From positions 2,871-66,870 of the IMG/VR virus record IMGVR_UViG_3300011336_000135: a DNA stretch of 64,000 nucleotides; one strand, 5' to 3'. Positions 28,610 to 37,908 of the stretch are shown here, piece after piece (the stretch's first letter is position 1; each line of letters starts with the position of its first letter). The translations under genes and the position numbers were made by a program. The notes under the pieces are model-generated. The model saw nothing but the letters and a program-made list of their open reading frames with translations. It was not told the origin of the DNA and ran no database searches. The stretch is from a virus. Lineage: Duplodnaviria; Caudoviricetes.

Positions 28610-31600
28610 TTAGGATTCAACTTGTGTGCCCACTTCCTCCCACTCGCTGGGGGTAGGGCTTCCTTGGGCTTGCCACCCGGCATTTTGATCATCGGGTATA
28701 TCCGCCCAGCCGTCAATAGCCCCCGAAGCGACTGGTTGCCAACTTGTGGGGGTGGGTGGCGCTACATTCTGCCATGATTGCACCGGAGGAGCTACTACCG
28801 GAGACCAAGAGTTGATCGGTGCAGGTTGCACATGCGCCCACTCACCCGCCTGCGAAGTCGTCTGGCATTGCCAGTTGGGGGTTTGTCCATCAGCAATGCA
28901 CAGCCAGCCAGGATTCTGCTCATCAGGGATAACTTGCCAGCCTGCGCCCTGCGTATCCGGCACTACTTGCCAGTCTGGCGTCTGGGTGTCATCAATGACT
29001 TGCCAGCGGCTACGAGAAGCCACCGCATCCGTTATGCCGCACTGTTCAAGCAGGTCTGCCAAGAACAGCTTGCCAGCTTCAAACAGTTCCACCGCCTGCG
29101 CAGCTTCGTTGGTGCTGGCCTGCCAATTGACTACTGTGGTACTTCTGTCTGCAGCCTGCGCGGTCTCGGTGACGTTTGCCTGAGTTGCGGATTGCGCAAC
29201 TACCGTTTCAGAGCTTCCAACACCTTCGCTGACACTGACGTTGATGACCTGACCAGCGCTGACCGTATCGCTTGCAGCGGCTGCTTCCGCCACAGATGAG
29301 GCGAACACCAGCCTAGAAACGGTAGCGTCTGAAGCTGTAGCGGTCTCTGAAACTGCAGTGGAGAAGGTCTGTTGTGCGTTGACAGAATCAGAGGTTCTGA
29401 CAGTCTCGCTTGCGTTTGGCGTGAATACGCTCGCTGCGACTGCAAACGTGTCGGATGCAGTGGCGAACTCTGTTACGTTGGCGGCAAAGAAGTACGCTGC
29501 CGATACCGCGTCTGACACCGATGCGGCTGTATCGTTTTCTCCACCCCACGGGTCTCCACCCCAGGCTCCGCCGCCCCAGCCAGACGAACCTACTTCCGCA
29601 TTGAAAATGCTGGCCGCTACGGAGACGGAATCGCTCGCGCTGGCCGTCTCAGAAATGTTCGTTGTCGAAACTTGCCCAGCTTGAACCGAATCCAACGCAC
29701 GGGCGGTTTCTGAAACCGCCGTGGCGAATACCTGTTGGGTGGAAACGGAGTCGAGCGCGGCGGTGTTTTCTGAAGCCGTCGCGTTGAACGTGCTGGCGGC
29801 TACAGATACGGCGTCAGACGCGTTTGCAGCTTCAGATTCGTTAGACGCATAGGCGCTAATTGCACTGACTGAATCAGACGCCACCGCCGCAGTGTCGTTT
29901 GCCCCGCCCCAAACGCCTTCGCCCCAAGCTCCGCCACCCCAGCCAGAAGCGCCTACTTCCGCATTGAAAATGCTGGCCGCTACGGAGACGGAATCACTAC
30001 CCCTCGCGGTTTCAGTAGCAGTTGTTGTATGCGTTTGCCCTGCTGCAACAGAATCTGTAGCACGAGCGGTTTCTGAAACTGCCGTGGCAAACGTCTGGTT
30101 TGCGCTTGTTGTATCAAGCGCCGATGCCGTTTCCAGCGCTACAGGATTAAACGTGCTGGCAGCTACAGCTACCGCGTCTGATGCCGTCGAAGTTTCAGAG
30201 GCACTTGCCGCAACGACGTATGCGGCGGAAGCAGTGTCAGAAATAGCGGCTGCGGTATCGTTTTGCCCGCCCCAGGGATCACCGCCCCAAGCACCCCCGC
30301 CCCAGCCAGATGTACCAACAAATGCATTGAACGTGCTGGCGGCAACTGCGGTTGTGTCGCTTGCGTTGGCGGTTTCTGAGACCGCTGTTACAAATGTCTG
30401 CCGCGACGAAATTGAATCAAGGGCTGTTGCAGACTCTGACACTGAAGTGCCAAATATCTGACTTGACGCGATGCTATCGGAGGCCCGCGCAGTTTCCGTT
30501 ACTGCATTACCAAATACTTGGGCGGCGGAAGCTGTATCAGAGACTCGACCTGTTTCTGCTGTGGAGGAACCAAAAGTCTGAGCGGCGGCAATCGCATCAG
30601 AGATCCTTGCTGTATCCGATACAGAAGTAATAAATGTCTGCTGGGCCGCGACAACGTCTGATGTTCTAGCGGTTTCTGTGGCTACCGGGTTAAACGTACT
30701 GCCCGCAGCAGCTACTGAGTCTGATGCCTGTGCTGTTTCAGACGCTGCGGTAACACCAACATACGCCGCAGAAACCGCGTCAGAAATAGTGGCTGCGGTA
30801 TCGTTTAATCCTCCCCAGGGGCCACCGCCCCAAGCACCAGATCCCCAACCAGAAGAGCCTACAAATGCGTTGAACGTGCTGGCAGCTACAGCAACGGAAT
30901 CACTTGCGGTGGCTGCTTCTGAAGTGGAGGAGGAAAATACCTGCCCTGCAGCAACTGCGTCAGACGCGTTGGTGGTTTCCGAAACTACGGTAGCAAATGT
31001 CTGTCTTGCAGTCGTTGTATCGCTGGCTGTTGCAGACTCTGACACTGAAGTGCCAAAGGTCTGACTTGACGCGATGCTATCGGAGGCCCGCGCAGTTTCA
31101 GCCAGCGTAGATACAAGCGTCTGGGCAGAGGCAACCGAGTCCGACGCTCTTGCGGTTTCTGACAGCGCCGATGTAAATGTCTGGGCAGAGGCAACCGAGT
31201 CCGACGCTCTTGCGGTTTCGCTAACTGCTGGATTAAACGTCTGCGCAGAGGTAACTGAGTCAGAAGCCCTTGCAGTTTCGCTAACTGCTGGATTAAACGT
31301 GCTGGCAGCTACAGCTACCGCGTCTGATGCGCGTGCTGTTTCTGATACGGTGGAGGCAAAGAAATGAGCCGCAGAAACGGAGTCCGATATTGAGGCCGCT
31401 GGGTCGTTTAGCCCACCCCAGGGATCACCGCCCCAAGCTCCGCCACCCCAACCGGATGTGCCAACTCTTGCGTCAAAGACTTGCTGTGCGGCTGGCGTAT
31501 CGGAGACTGACGCCGTTTCTGCTACCGCCGTTTGTGGGCGGAAGGCGGACGCTACAGCATCTGAAGCAGTAGCTGTTTCTGCAACGCGTGGGTTAAATGT

Positions 31601-32269
31601 GCTGGCCGCAACCGCTACAGAGTCTGAGGCTGTGGCAGTTTCTGATACCGTGGGTAGCAGCGTCTCACTGGCTGTTATGGAGTCAGTGGCGGTGGCTGTT
31701 TCTGAAACAGACGGCCTAAACGTACTCCCCGCAACAGAGACGGCGTCAGAGGCTCTTGCGGTCTCCGCCACGCTCGGGTTGAACGTGCTGGAAGCAACAA
31801 CGGTTGCATCTACTGCCGCCGCTGTTTCAGATACCGTGGGCCGAAGAATCTCTACGGCGGTGACCGAATCCGCTGCGGTGGCAGTTTCTGAAACCGCCGT
31901 AGGTAATACACGCGCTGCGGATATTGCATCCGAGCCTCTTGCTGTTTCAGAGGCCGATGGGTTAAACGTGCTGGCTGCAACTGATACCGCATCAGATGCA
32001 CGAGCAGTTTCTGACCCTGCGGAAGCAAAGATTTGCCGCGCAGATACAGCATCCAATGCTGTGGTCGATTCCGAGTTTGTTCTCGGAACAACAAAACCCG
32101 CCGATGTGGTGTCGGCGGCTGTGGCCGTCTCTGAGACGGCGCGGGGGGAAACTAACCTTGCAGAAGCGGAATCGGCGGCTGTAGCGGATTCAGACGAGGC
32201 TCCATCATAGAGCCCCATCCCCCATGCTACTTGCCCCCAGGAGCCTGAGCCCCATCCGCCGTCCGCCAT
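28610..32269 (-). CDS. Highly repetitive S/A/T-rich structural (fibre-like) protein
   Basis: 1219 aa; roughly 45 units of 20-21 aa (SETAxASDxVxAxxxF), five GWGxGAWGxxxWGG blocks, and twelve 11-aa Trp-periodic repeats at the C-terminus. Confidence 0.8.
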   Translation of the reverse strand: MADGGWGSGSWGQVAWGMGLYDGASSESATAADSASARLVSPRAVSETATAADTTSAGFVVPRTNSESTTALDAVSARQIFASAGSETARASDAVSVAASTFNPSASETARGSDAISAARVLPTAVSETATAADSVTAVEILRPTVSETAAAVDATVVASSTFNPSVAETARASDAVSVAGSTFRPSVSETATATDSITASETLLPTVSETATASDSVAVAASTFNPRVAETATASDAVASAFRPQTAVAETASVSDTPAAQQVFDARVGTSGWGGGAWGGDPWGGLNDPAASISDSVSAAHFFASTVSETARASDAVAVAASTFNPAVSETARASDSVTSAQTFNPAVSETARASDSVASAQTFTSALSETARASDSVASAQTLVSTLAETARASDSIASSQTFGTSVSESATASDTTTARQTFATVVSETTNASDAVAAGQVFSSSTSEAATASDSVAVAASTFNAFVGSSGWGSGAWGGGPWGGLNDTAATISDAVSAAYVGVTAASETAQASDSVAAAGSTFNPVATETARTSDVVAAQQTFITSVSDTARISDAIAAAQTFGSSTAETGRVSDTASAAQVFGNAVTETARASDSIASSQIFGTSVSESATALDSISSRQTFVTAVSETANASDTTAVAASTFNAFVGTSGWGGGAWGGDPWGGQNDTAAAISDTASAAYVVAASASETSTASDAVAVAASTFNPVALETASALDTTSANQTFATAVSETARATDSVAAGQTHTTTATETARGSDSVSVAASIFNAEVGASGWGGGAWGEGVWGGANDTAAVASDSVSAISAYASNESEAANASDAVSVAASTFNATASENTAALDSVSTQQVFATAVSETARALDSVQAGQVSTTNISETASASDSVSVAASIFNAEVGSSGWGGGAWGGDPWGGENDTAASVSDAVSAAYFFAANVTEFATASDTFAVAASVFTPNASETVRTSDSVNAQQTFSTAVSETATASDATVSRLVFASSVAEAAAASDTVSAGQVINVSVSEGVGSSETVVAQSATQANVTETAQAADRSTTVVNWQASTNEAAQAVELFEAGKLFLADLLEQCGITDAVASRSRWQVIDDTQTPDWQVVPDTQGAGWQVIPDEQNPGWLCIADGQTPNWQCQTTSQAGEWAHVQPAPINSWSPVVAPPVQSWQNVAPPTPTSWQPVASGAIDGWADIPDDQNAGWQAQGSPTPSEWEEVGTQVES

Positions 32270-32272
32270 CCA

Positions 32273-32452
32273 TTAAACCCCCGAGGCTACAAGCTGCTCT
32301 TGCGGGAACCAACGTTGCTGCGTTTCACCTTCGGCGTCAACCCACTCAAGAAGGCAGAAGATCTCGCCGTCTTCGTTCATGCGAAGCGCCAACACCGGCC
32401 CCTCAGGGACAACAGCATTCAGTTTAACTACGTCACCTTTTTTGAAAGCCAT
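32273..32452 (-). CDS. Small hypothetical protein (59 aa), not in ORF track
   Basis: MAFKKGDVVKLNAVVPEGPV...QRWFPQEQL; GGAG upstream. Confidence 0.65.
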   Translation of the reverse strand: MAFKKGDVVKLNAVVPEGPVLALRMNEDGEIFCLLEWVDAEGETQQRWFPQEQLVASGV

Positions 32453-32465
32453 GATCTGCTACTCC

Positions 32466-33047
32466 TTAAACGGCATCAAGGTTGAAGGTATACGTCACGT
32501 TCAACGTATCACCGGAAGCAACAGAACGGTCCCCAGGAGACTGGAAGTCCGATGCAGAGAACAAGACGCCGGTCGTGCCGCTCTTGGTGTTGTTGCTGAT
32601 CAGGAACGCCCCACCAACCGTAGCCGTTGCGTTGATGTTAAACGCAGCCACAGACGCGGAGTTGCTGATGACCGAGGGGTCAGCAGTGGTGGCAGTGCCA
32701 AAAGTCGCAGCGGGGCGAGTAGCGTTGCTGTAAGGCACCACCTCCGTCCAACCCGCGTGAGAAGCTGCAGTATCACCCGCTGCTGGAGTATTCGACGCAC
32801 CCGCACCGTACAGGCCGATGAACCAAGTGGCAGTGTAGGCACTGCCACTGAAATACTTGGCGTTCATGTCCTGAAGGCCCACGTTCACCACAAGGTTCGG
32901 GCACTCGGCGGTCCATTTGACATTGCCATCTGGACCGATGCACTCCATGCGGTAAACGCCACCTGCGCCTACACCTTCAGTTGCGCCTTTGGCGGTAGCC
33001 AAAGCGCTTGCGATAAAGTCTTGTGACTTTGCGGTATCAATTGACAT
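32466..33047 (-). CDS. Structural protein (tail-associated)
   Basis: Beta-rich A/T/G composition (FNINATATVGGAFL, SGDTLNVTYTF), in the late operon. Confidence 0.65.
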   Translation of the reverse strand: MSIDTAKSQDFIASALATAKGATEGVGAGGVYRMECIGPDGNVKWTAECPNLVVNVGLQDMNAKYFSGSAYTATWFIGLYGAGASNTPAAGDTAASHAGWTEVVPYSNATRPAATFGTATTADPSVISNSASVAAFNINATATVGGAFLISNNTKSGTTGVLFSASDFQSPGDRSVASGDTLNVTYTFNLDAV

Positions 33048-33056
33048 TTTGGTTCC

Positions 33057-33473
33057 TCAAGTAAAACGAAGCAACGCCGATGTGGCGGTAGCAACAGGCA
33101 TCTGTACCGTGAAGTTCGGTCCAGCAGTTTTGTCCGCACCGAAGTCTAAAACGGCAATAGCCCGATCCGCTTTAGACGAGTTATAAATTAGAGCGCCTCG
33201 TGCGACAAAAGACACTCCAGTCCATGTAGGGTTGTCGAACGACACATACGCCGTTGTGCCGGAAAGCAACACTTGAACATTAGTCAGCACAACCCCACCC
33301 GCTACATACCCGCCATCAACAACCTCATCAGCCGTTGTATAGACCGTTGTACTCGCTCCGAGCGTAGTGGTAGCAACGTACAGCGCTATCTTCAGTACGT
33401 CAGTATCCAAATCGTGGATACCAAGCCAAGATTCCTGCTTGAACGATGAGCACATTGCCTGAGAGATAGCCAT
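33057..33473 (-). CDS. Structural protein
   Basis: MAISQAMCSSFKQE...LKIALY...ARGALIYN...VLDFG conserved pattern. Confidence 0.7.
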   Translation of the reverse strand: MAISQAMCSSFKQESWLGIHDLDTDVLKIALYVATTTLGASTTVYTTADEVVDGGYVAGGVVLTNVQVLLSGTTAYVSFDNPTWTGVSFVARGALIYNSSKADRAIAVLDFGADKTAGPNFTVQMPVATATSALLRFT

Positions 33474-33474
33474 C

Positions 33475-34125
33475 TCAGATCACCTGTGTCCTGACCTGCC
33501 CACTGCGGTAGGCATCTTGACGGTTCTTACCATCGCCCAGGTTCTTCAGCAGTGTCAGGGATTGAACGTACTGCTTGTCCATCTCGGCCACGATATCCTG
33601 CTCTTGCTTCATGAATCGCGCAGCTTCGACCATGACTGCGTTAAACAGCACACTACCAAAGTTGTCACCCAACCAAGAAGTTTCGCTGATAACAATGCTA
33701 ATCGGGTAGTAGAAGTAATGAAGCTCCGCCGTCAAACCGGCGTTGGGCGTTGGCCCAAGAATGAAGGTTAGCTCCGTTACCGCTGAACTATCTGGACCAA
33801 ACAAAGCGTAATACTTTGGGGTGCCTGTAGTTGACGGATTTGGGTACGCCGCTCGGATGAAGTTGACATCCTTGTTCAACAGGTACTCGTAGTTGCCTGA
33901 AGCGTCGATAACCGCAAGGCTGAAAACCGACAAGAAATCCAGGGGAGCCGCGAGGTATTGATTACCAGAGGTCAAAGTGCCCGTTACGTTTTTGCGCAGG
34001 GCTGGAAGTTGCACCGAGTTGTAAATGCGCTGCTCTGCCAACTCCGTCATGGTGGCAAAGTCATTGGCCGAGAAAGTGTTCTCGGTGTAGTCCTCTACGG
34101 CAGTCTTCAACTCGGTGTAGTTCAT
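33475..34125 (-). CDS. Head-tail connector/adaptor-like protein
   Basis: MNYTELKTAVEDY, AEQRIYN, GTPKYYA, LTAELHYFYYP. Confidence 0.7.
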   Translation of the reverse strand: MNYTELKTAVEDYTENTFSANDFATMTELAEQRIYNSVQLPALRKNVTGTLTSGNQYLAAPLDFLSVFSLAVIDASGNYEYLLNKDVNFIRAAYPNPSTTGTPKYYALFGPDSSAVTELTFILGPTPNAGLTAELHYFYYPISIVISETSWLGDNFGSVLFNAVMVEAARFMKQEQDIVAEMDKQYVQSLTLLKNLGDGKNRQDAYRSGQVRTQVI

Positions 34126-34143
34126 AGCGTACTTTTTTGTACG

Positions 34144-34338
34144 TTAACCCATCGGCCCACGAGCCATCGTGCCTTTGGTGGCAGCGCCAGTACCACGGAT
34201 CTTGATGCCAGAGGTCTTCATGCCTGGGGCAGGATTAGCCGCGATGTTGCCAACCACCATGCAGCTTTTGTCCTTCAAGGTCTCAATAGCTTGCGGTTGC
34301 CCCGGAGTGGCCGGGGCCAGCTTCTTGGTCTTCATCAT
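34144..34338 (-). CDS. Small basic virion-associated protein
   Basis: GIKIRGTGAATKGTMARGPMG; coupled to the upstream ORF by an ATGA overlap. Confidence 0.7.
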   Translation of the reverse strand: MMKTKKLAPATPGQPQAIETLKDKSCMVVGNIAANPAPGMKTSGIKIRGTGAATKGTMARGPMG

Positions 34339-34493
34339 GGCTTCTTCATCCCAGTCTTCTGGTTCTGAACCTTGGCAAGGCCACGGCCCATCTTGAGCAT
34401 GTCCGCGTCCGTCTTGCCGCCTTTGTAGAAGGTCTTGGGTTCACCCTTGTGACGGGCGTCTTCGTGCATCTGCACGGCTTTCTTCGGGGTCAT
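34335..34493 (-). CDS. Small basic protein (52 aa), not in ORF track
   Basis: MTPKKAVQMHEDARHKGEPKTFYKGGKTDADMLKMGRGLAKV...; AAGGAG upstream. Confidence 0.7.
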   Translation of the reverse strand: MTPKKAVQMHEDARHKGEPKTFYKGGKTDADMLKMGRGLAKVQNQKTGMKKP

Positions 34494-34503
34494 CTTTTAC
34501 TCC

Positions 34504-34935
34504 TTAGGTCGTCACGACCGTCACTGTACCAACATATCCTCTGGCAACCAAGGCATTTGGGGTCAACGCATCATCAAAAACCCTGGAGCCGCCTATGGGG
34601 TTCCATCCCCACTCAATCACTCTGCTGCCCTCACCGGGGAAACCCTCTTGGTCAGGCCCAGTGCCCGAGGTCGGGTTGGTTTGCAAACCATTTGTGCCGG
34701 ACTGATACCAAGTGTTCGTGTCCGGGCGTGGATCACGGATGGCCTGGGGGTCACTGATTGGGTACATCCCCAACTGCAACTGCGGCTGATCCGGCGTCCA
34801 ACACTGCGGGCAGGCTTTGATCTGCGTTTGCTTGGTCTTGACCGTCAGGTTCTTGAGCTTCTTCAGGTCAAAGCGAAACCCGCAGACATCGCAGAAACCG
34901 AATGCCTTTGCGCCGTTTGCAAACCTGTTTGCCAT
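34504..34935 (-). CDS. Zn-ribbon-containing virion assembly protein
   Basis: FCDVCGF...ACPQCW...DPQAIRDPRPD. Confidence 0.7.
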   Translation of the reverse strand: MANRFANGAKAFGFCDVCGFRFDLKKLKNLTVKTKQTQIKACPQCWTPDQPQLQLGMYPISDPQAIRDPRPDTNTWYQSGTNGLQTNPTSGTGPDQEGFPGEGSRVIEWGWNPIGGSRVFDDALTPNALVARGYVGTVTVVTT

Positions 34936-34936
34936 A

Positions 34937-35632
34937 TCAGCTTATGAACATCTGACGCGGGACAAAACGCACAGCAGCCTTTTCACGATCTTCCGTTGAA
35001 GCGAGATCCCAGGCTTCGTCGTACTGCTGTTTCAACACCTGCATGCGCTCCATAGCGCCAGGGATCTTCATCGACAGGTAGTACGCCAGCCCTGCCACCA
35101 AGCAGGGGGTGAACCGGAACGGCACATCCTGCGTATAGGTTCCACCCGCTCCAGCGTCCTGTATGCGGCGCAGTCTCCAGTACACAAACTGGTAGTTGTT
35201 CGTCTGATCCGGCACAGGCCACACCGTAATAGTCGGTGTGGGGGCCTGCCTGTTGATCCAGACTTGGATCGGACGAGCCTGCTGCAGCTTGTTGGGAATG
35301 CTGGAGTAGGTGGAAACACTAATGCGGGTGATGGTCAGATCGACCTGGGTGCTGACGTTGCCTGCCCCCGTGCGGATCACATGCTCGATGAGATCTACCG
35401 TGTCGTTCGGCAAGTTGTACGTGGCCGTACCTTGAACAAGCGGGATCGTGCCTTGCTCAACCGTCCAGAGGTTGATGCCCCGGTTGGCCCAGTCAGCAAA
35501 CAGCAGATTCATGGACCGCCGTGCGGTCTTCAAATCATAGCCCGTGCGAAGCTCTGCACCACAGCGCTCAAAGGCTTCCTCAACGTATTCGTTGAGGTCA
35601 AGATCAAACGTGGTGGTTCCAGAGGTTGCCAT
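34937..35632 (-). CDS. Head-to-tail adaptor (P22 gp4-like)
   Basis: MATSGTTTFDLDLNEYVEEAFERCG, WANRGINLWT, ITVWPVPD, LVAGLAYYL. Confidence 0.75.
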   Translation of the reverse strand: MATSGTTTFDLDLNEYVEEAFERCGAELRTGYDLKTARRSMNLLFADWANRGINLWTVEQGTIPLVQGTATYNLPNDTVDLIEHVIRTGAGNVSTQVDLTITRISVSTYSSIPNKLQQARPIQVWINRQAPTPTITVWPVPDQTNNYQFVYWRLRRIQDAGAGGTYTQDVPFRFTPCLVAGLAYYLSMKIPGAMERMQVLKQQYDEAWDLASTEDREKAAVRFVPRQMFIS

Positions 35633-35635
35633 CAG

Positions 35636-35881
35636 TTACCTTCCTGCGGTCTTGGCAGACTGCTTGAACGCTTTGGCAGTAGGAGCGCCGGGAGCACCCG
35701 GCTTGCGCATGGTTTCGCCCGATCCTGCGGCAATGCGTTTGCGCTTGGCATGGATGTTTTCGTAAAGCCCCGTGGGGCCACCTTCAGCATAGAGTTCGGT
35801 TGGGACATTAGCGTCTTTCCGCATCATTGCTTTGGGTAGCTTTTTGGGGTTTACGGCACCCATGCCTCGGCTGGCTCTCAC
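35636..35881 (-). CDS. Small basic protein
   Basis: GTG start overlapping the upstream stop; YAEGGPTGLYENIHAKRKRI...APTAKAFKQSAKT. Confidence 0.7.
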   Translation of the reverse strand: MRASRGMGAVNPKKLPKAMMRKDANVPTELYAEGGPTGLYENIHAKRKRIAAGSGETMRKPGAPGAPTAKAFKQSAKTAGR

Positions 35882-36423
35882 CGCATATTCCCCTTGGTCT
35901 TGCCGCGCTGAGCACAACCATCGATAGCGCCGCCCTTGGCGAAGCCCAGAGCCCCGCGAATGCGTTCACTGACCGAGCGAGTGTCAGTCTTGGAACCACC
36001 AGACCTTGCGCTTTCACGCATGGCCTTCATGCGCTCGGAGATAGAACGAGTATCCGTGGAGCCGGAAGAACTCTTGCGCTCAGAGCCACCCATACGTTCG
36101 GTGACAGAACGGTCGTCAGTACTGGTGCCACCAGCCCTTGCCCGCTCCCGCGCAGCTTTCATGCGCTCAGACACAGACTTGGACTCGTCGTCCTTGGGGA
36201 GGCGTTTGCCAGCCACTTCAACCCGTTGAGTTGAAGGAGCCGGAGCAGGGCTTGGATCAGGAGAAGCAGCTTTGGGCTTGGCCTTGGGTTTTGAAGCAGC
36301 TTTGGCCTTGGACTTTTCCGGCATCAACTCCGCTGCCTCAGACATGCCTGTGGCTGCGGGACGCTCGTCCTCGCCGTAATCGACTTCACCGCCTTCGTCA
36401 TAGCGGAAATTGCGCTTTTTCAT
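35878..36423 (-). CDS. Basic low-complexity protein with GG motifs
   Basis: YDEGG near the N-terminus, repeated (K/R)SVSER(M/I), FAKGG...RGKTKG at the C-terminus. Confidence 0.7.
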   Translation of the reverse strand: MKKRNFRYDEGGEVDYGEDERPAATGMSEAAELMPEKSKAKAASKPKAKPKAASPDPSPAPAPSTQRVEVAGKRLPKDDESKSVSERMKAARERARAGGTSTDDRSVTERMGGSERKSSSGSTDTRSISERMKAMRESARSGGSKTDTRSVSERIRGALGFAKGGAIDGCAQRGKTKGNMR

Positions 36424-36728
36424 TTGCAGCTACCCCCCATAGCCATCTTGATCACCTTACCTTTGGTCTTGCCCTTGGACTCGACACCGCCGCCCTTGGC
36501 ATACCCCTTGGCTTCAGCTTTCTCGTGCTTGATCATGGACTTGGGAGCACCCTTCTTCTTCATGAAGGCCACTTCCTTCTCGCGCATCGCTTTGGACTCT
36601 TTCATTTCGCCTCCTTCGGCATGGGCTTTCGGCCCAACAAACTTCTTCGCTACGCTCGGCGGGACATCCGTCTTGCCAGCGAGAGACGCGTACATGAACC
36701 GGCGCTGTTTCTCAGACTGGACCGGCAT
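36420..36728 (-). CDS. Small basic protein with GG motifs
   Basis: MPVQSEKQRRFM, HAEGG, YAKGG, MAMGG. Confidence 0.7.
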   Translation of the reverse strand: MPVQSEKQRRFMYASLAGKTDVPPSVAKKFVGPKAHAEGGEMKESKAMREKEVAFMKKKGAPKSMIKHEKAEAKGYAKGGGVESKGKTKGKVIKMAMGGSCK

Positions 36729-36901
36729 TATTTACCTCTCCAACCGCGCACTGTGTCCGTCTCCCAGATCCGTATCCCGGTCCAGATGATTGTGAAGACA
36801 GCAGCAATAGAAGGTAAAAATTCCACAAGCGTACCCAGCACTGTAGCGACTGATAAGGCGTCAACAACATGCTTTGTGGATTCCGAAACTTCGTGCTTCA
36901 T
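36728..36901 (-). CDS. Small membrane protein (57 aa), not in ORF track
   Basis: MKHEVSESTKHVVDALSVATVLGTLVEFLPSIAAVFTIIWTGIRIWETDTV; hydrophobic core; stop overlaps the next ATG. Confidence 0.7.
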   Translation of the reverse strand: MKHEVSESTKHVVDALSVATVLGTLVEFLPSIAAVFTIIWTGIRIWETDTVRGWRGK

Positions 36902-36902
36902 G

Positions 36903-37157
36903 TCAGCAGTTCCACGCTCGCAGGGATTTGTTGATACGGCTGTTGGGATCTTTGGCCGTTTTCTCAGATGTGAGCTTGGCCTTCATCCCTGACATTCGGG
37001 CGCAGAATGATTTCTTGCGCGGACCACCTTCGGGCTGCGGAGCTTTGAGCCCAGGCTTGCCGGGGTTGGCCTTGTTGTAGCTGGCACGGCCCTTGGCATT
37101 GAGGCCACCGGCCTCGGATTTGCCTTCCTTGCGCTGCCATGCAGGAGACTTAGCCAT
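36903..37157 (-). CDS. Small basic conserved phage protein (DUF6321-like)
   Basis: GGLNAKGRASYN...RKKSFCARM...SRINKSLRAWNC. Confidence 0.7.
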   Translation of the reverse strand: MAKSPAWQRKEGKSEAGGLNAKGRASYNKANPGKPGLKAPQPEGGPRKKSFCARMSGMKAKLTSEKTAKDPNSRINKSLRAWNC

Positions 37158-37158
37158 G

Positions 37159-37908
37159 TCAGTCCTTTAGAGCCAAGAACTGGGGGAGTGTGAGGCAGTC
37201 GTTACCGCCCGAGGTGAGCGTGCGGTTTACATACGACCAAACTTGCGCTGCGGTAAGCCCCGAGGCACCCGTGTTCATCAACTCCCCCATCGTACCACTA
37301 TCTGTGTATTCTGCGGCAATAGCATTCCACACTGCTGCGGCTAAACTTTGTGGCGAAAGTTCTGTAAACGGCGTCACCGCTCCAGCTAGATTGCCCGTGG
37401 CGCGAGGCGTAGCGGTCCCAGTAAACGTGATCACGGTGTTGCCGAAGATCCCAGACTCAGCGCCCAGCGTTGCGGGGCCAACAGTGAAGTCAACCCCAAT
37501 CGCGCCCACCGCTTGCAGCACCGCAGCGGCGTTGCCCGTCAGCGAAAAATTGATGCTGGTAGTACCGCTTGCAGAGACAACAAGCTCAAGTTGCGAAGGT
37601 CCGACCGTGAAAGTAATCGCGGTGTCACCTATAGCGTTCACACCCGCCGCAACAGTTAACGGGTTGGCGGTGACCGTTGCTGCAACGTAAGTAAACGCTG
37701 ACATCTGCCCCGCTTGGTAGGGCATGTTCCACGACGACGGTGGGTAATGCCCCGCAGGGATTCCAGCGAGTTCTGTTGGGATGCCTTGACCAACTGTGCT
37801 GTTACGCAAGTCAGTACGCCCCCACATGGAGCGAAATGTCCCAGGTGAGCCGCCAATTTGGCGCAGCGGCAACTGCGCCAGTAGCGTGGTGTTCTGCTTG
37901 AGTGCCAT
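37159..37908 (-). CDS. Accessory structural protein
   Basis: Probable start MALKQNTTLL at 37908 (TGATG overlap); A/G/T-rich beta composition. Confidence 0.65.
   Translation of the reverse strand: MALKQNTTLLAQLPLRQIGGSPGTFRSMWGRTDLRNSTVGQGIPTELAGIPAGHYPPSSWNMPYQAGQMSAFTYVAATVTANPLTVAAGVNAIGDTAITFTVGPSQLELVVSASGTTSINFSLTGNAAAVLQAVGAIGVDFTVGPATLGAESGIFGNTVITFTGTATPRATGNLAGAVTPFTELSPQSLAAAVWNAIAAEYTDSGTMGELMNTGASGLTAAQVWSYVNRTLTSGGNDCLTLPQFLALKD

Noticed and set aside
28610-32269. Regularly spaced DNA repeats as a CRISPR array or DGR
   Set aside because: The repeats are in-frame protein repeats with synonymous variation and no unique spacers, and there is no reverse transcriptase in the window.
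29540-32269. GW/WG blocks as Argonaute hooks or prion-like octarepeats
   Set aside because: Only a superficial similarity; the structural-operon context gives a simpler explanation.
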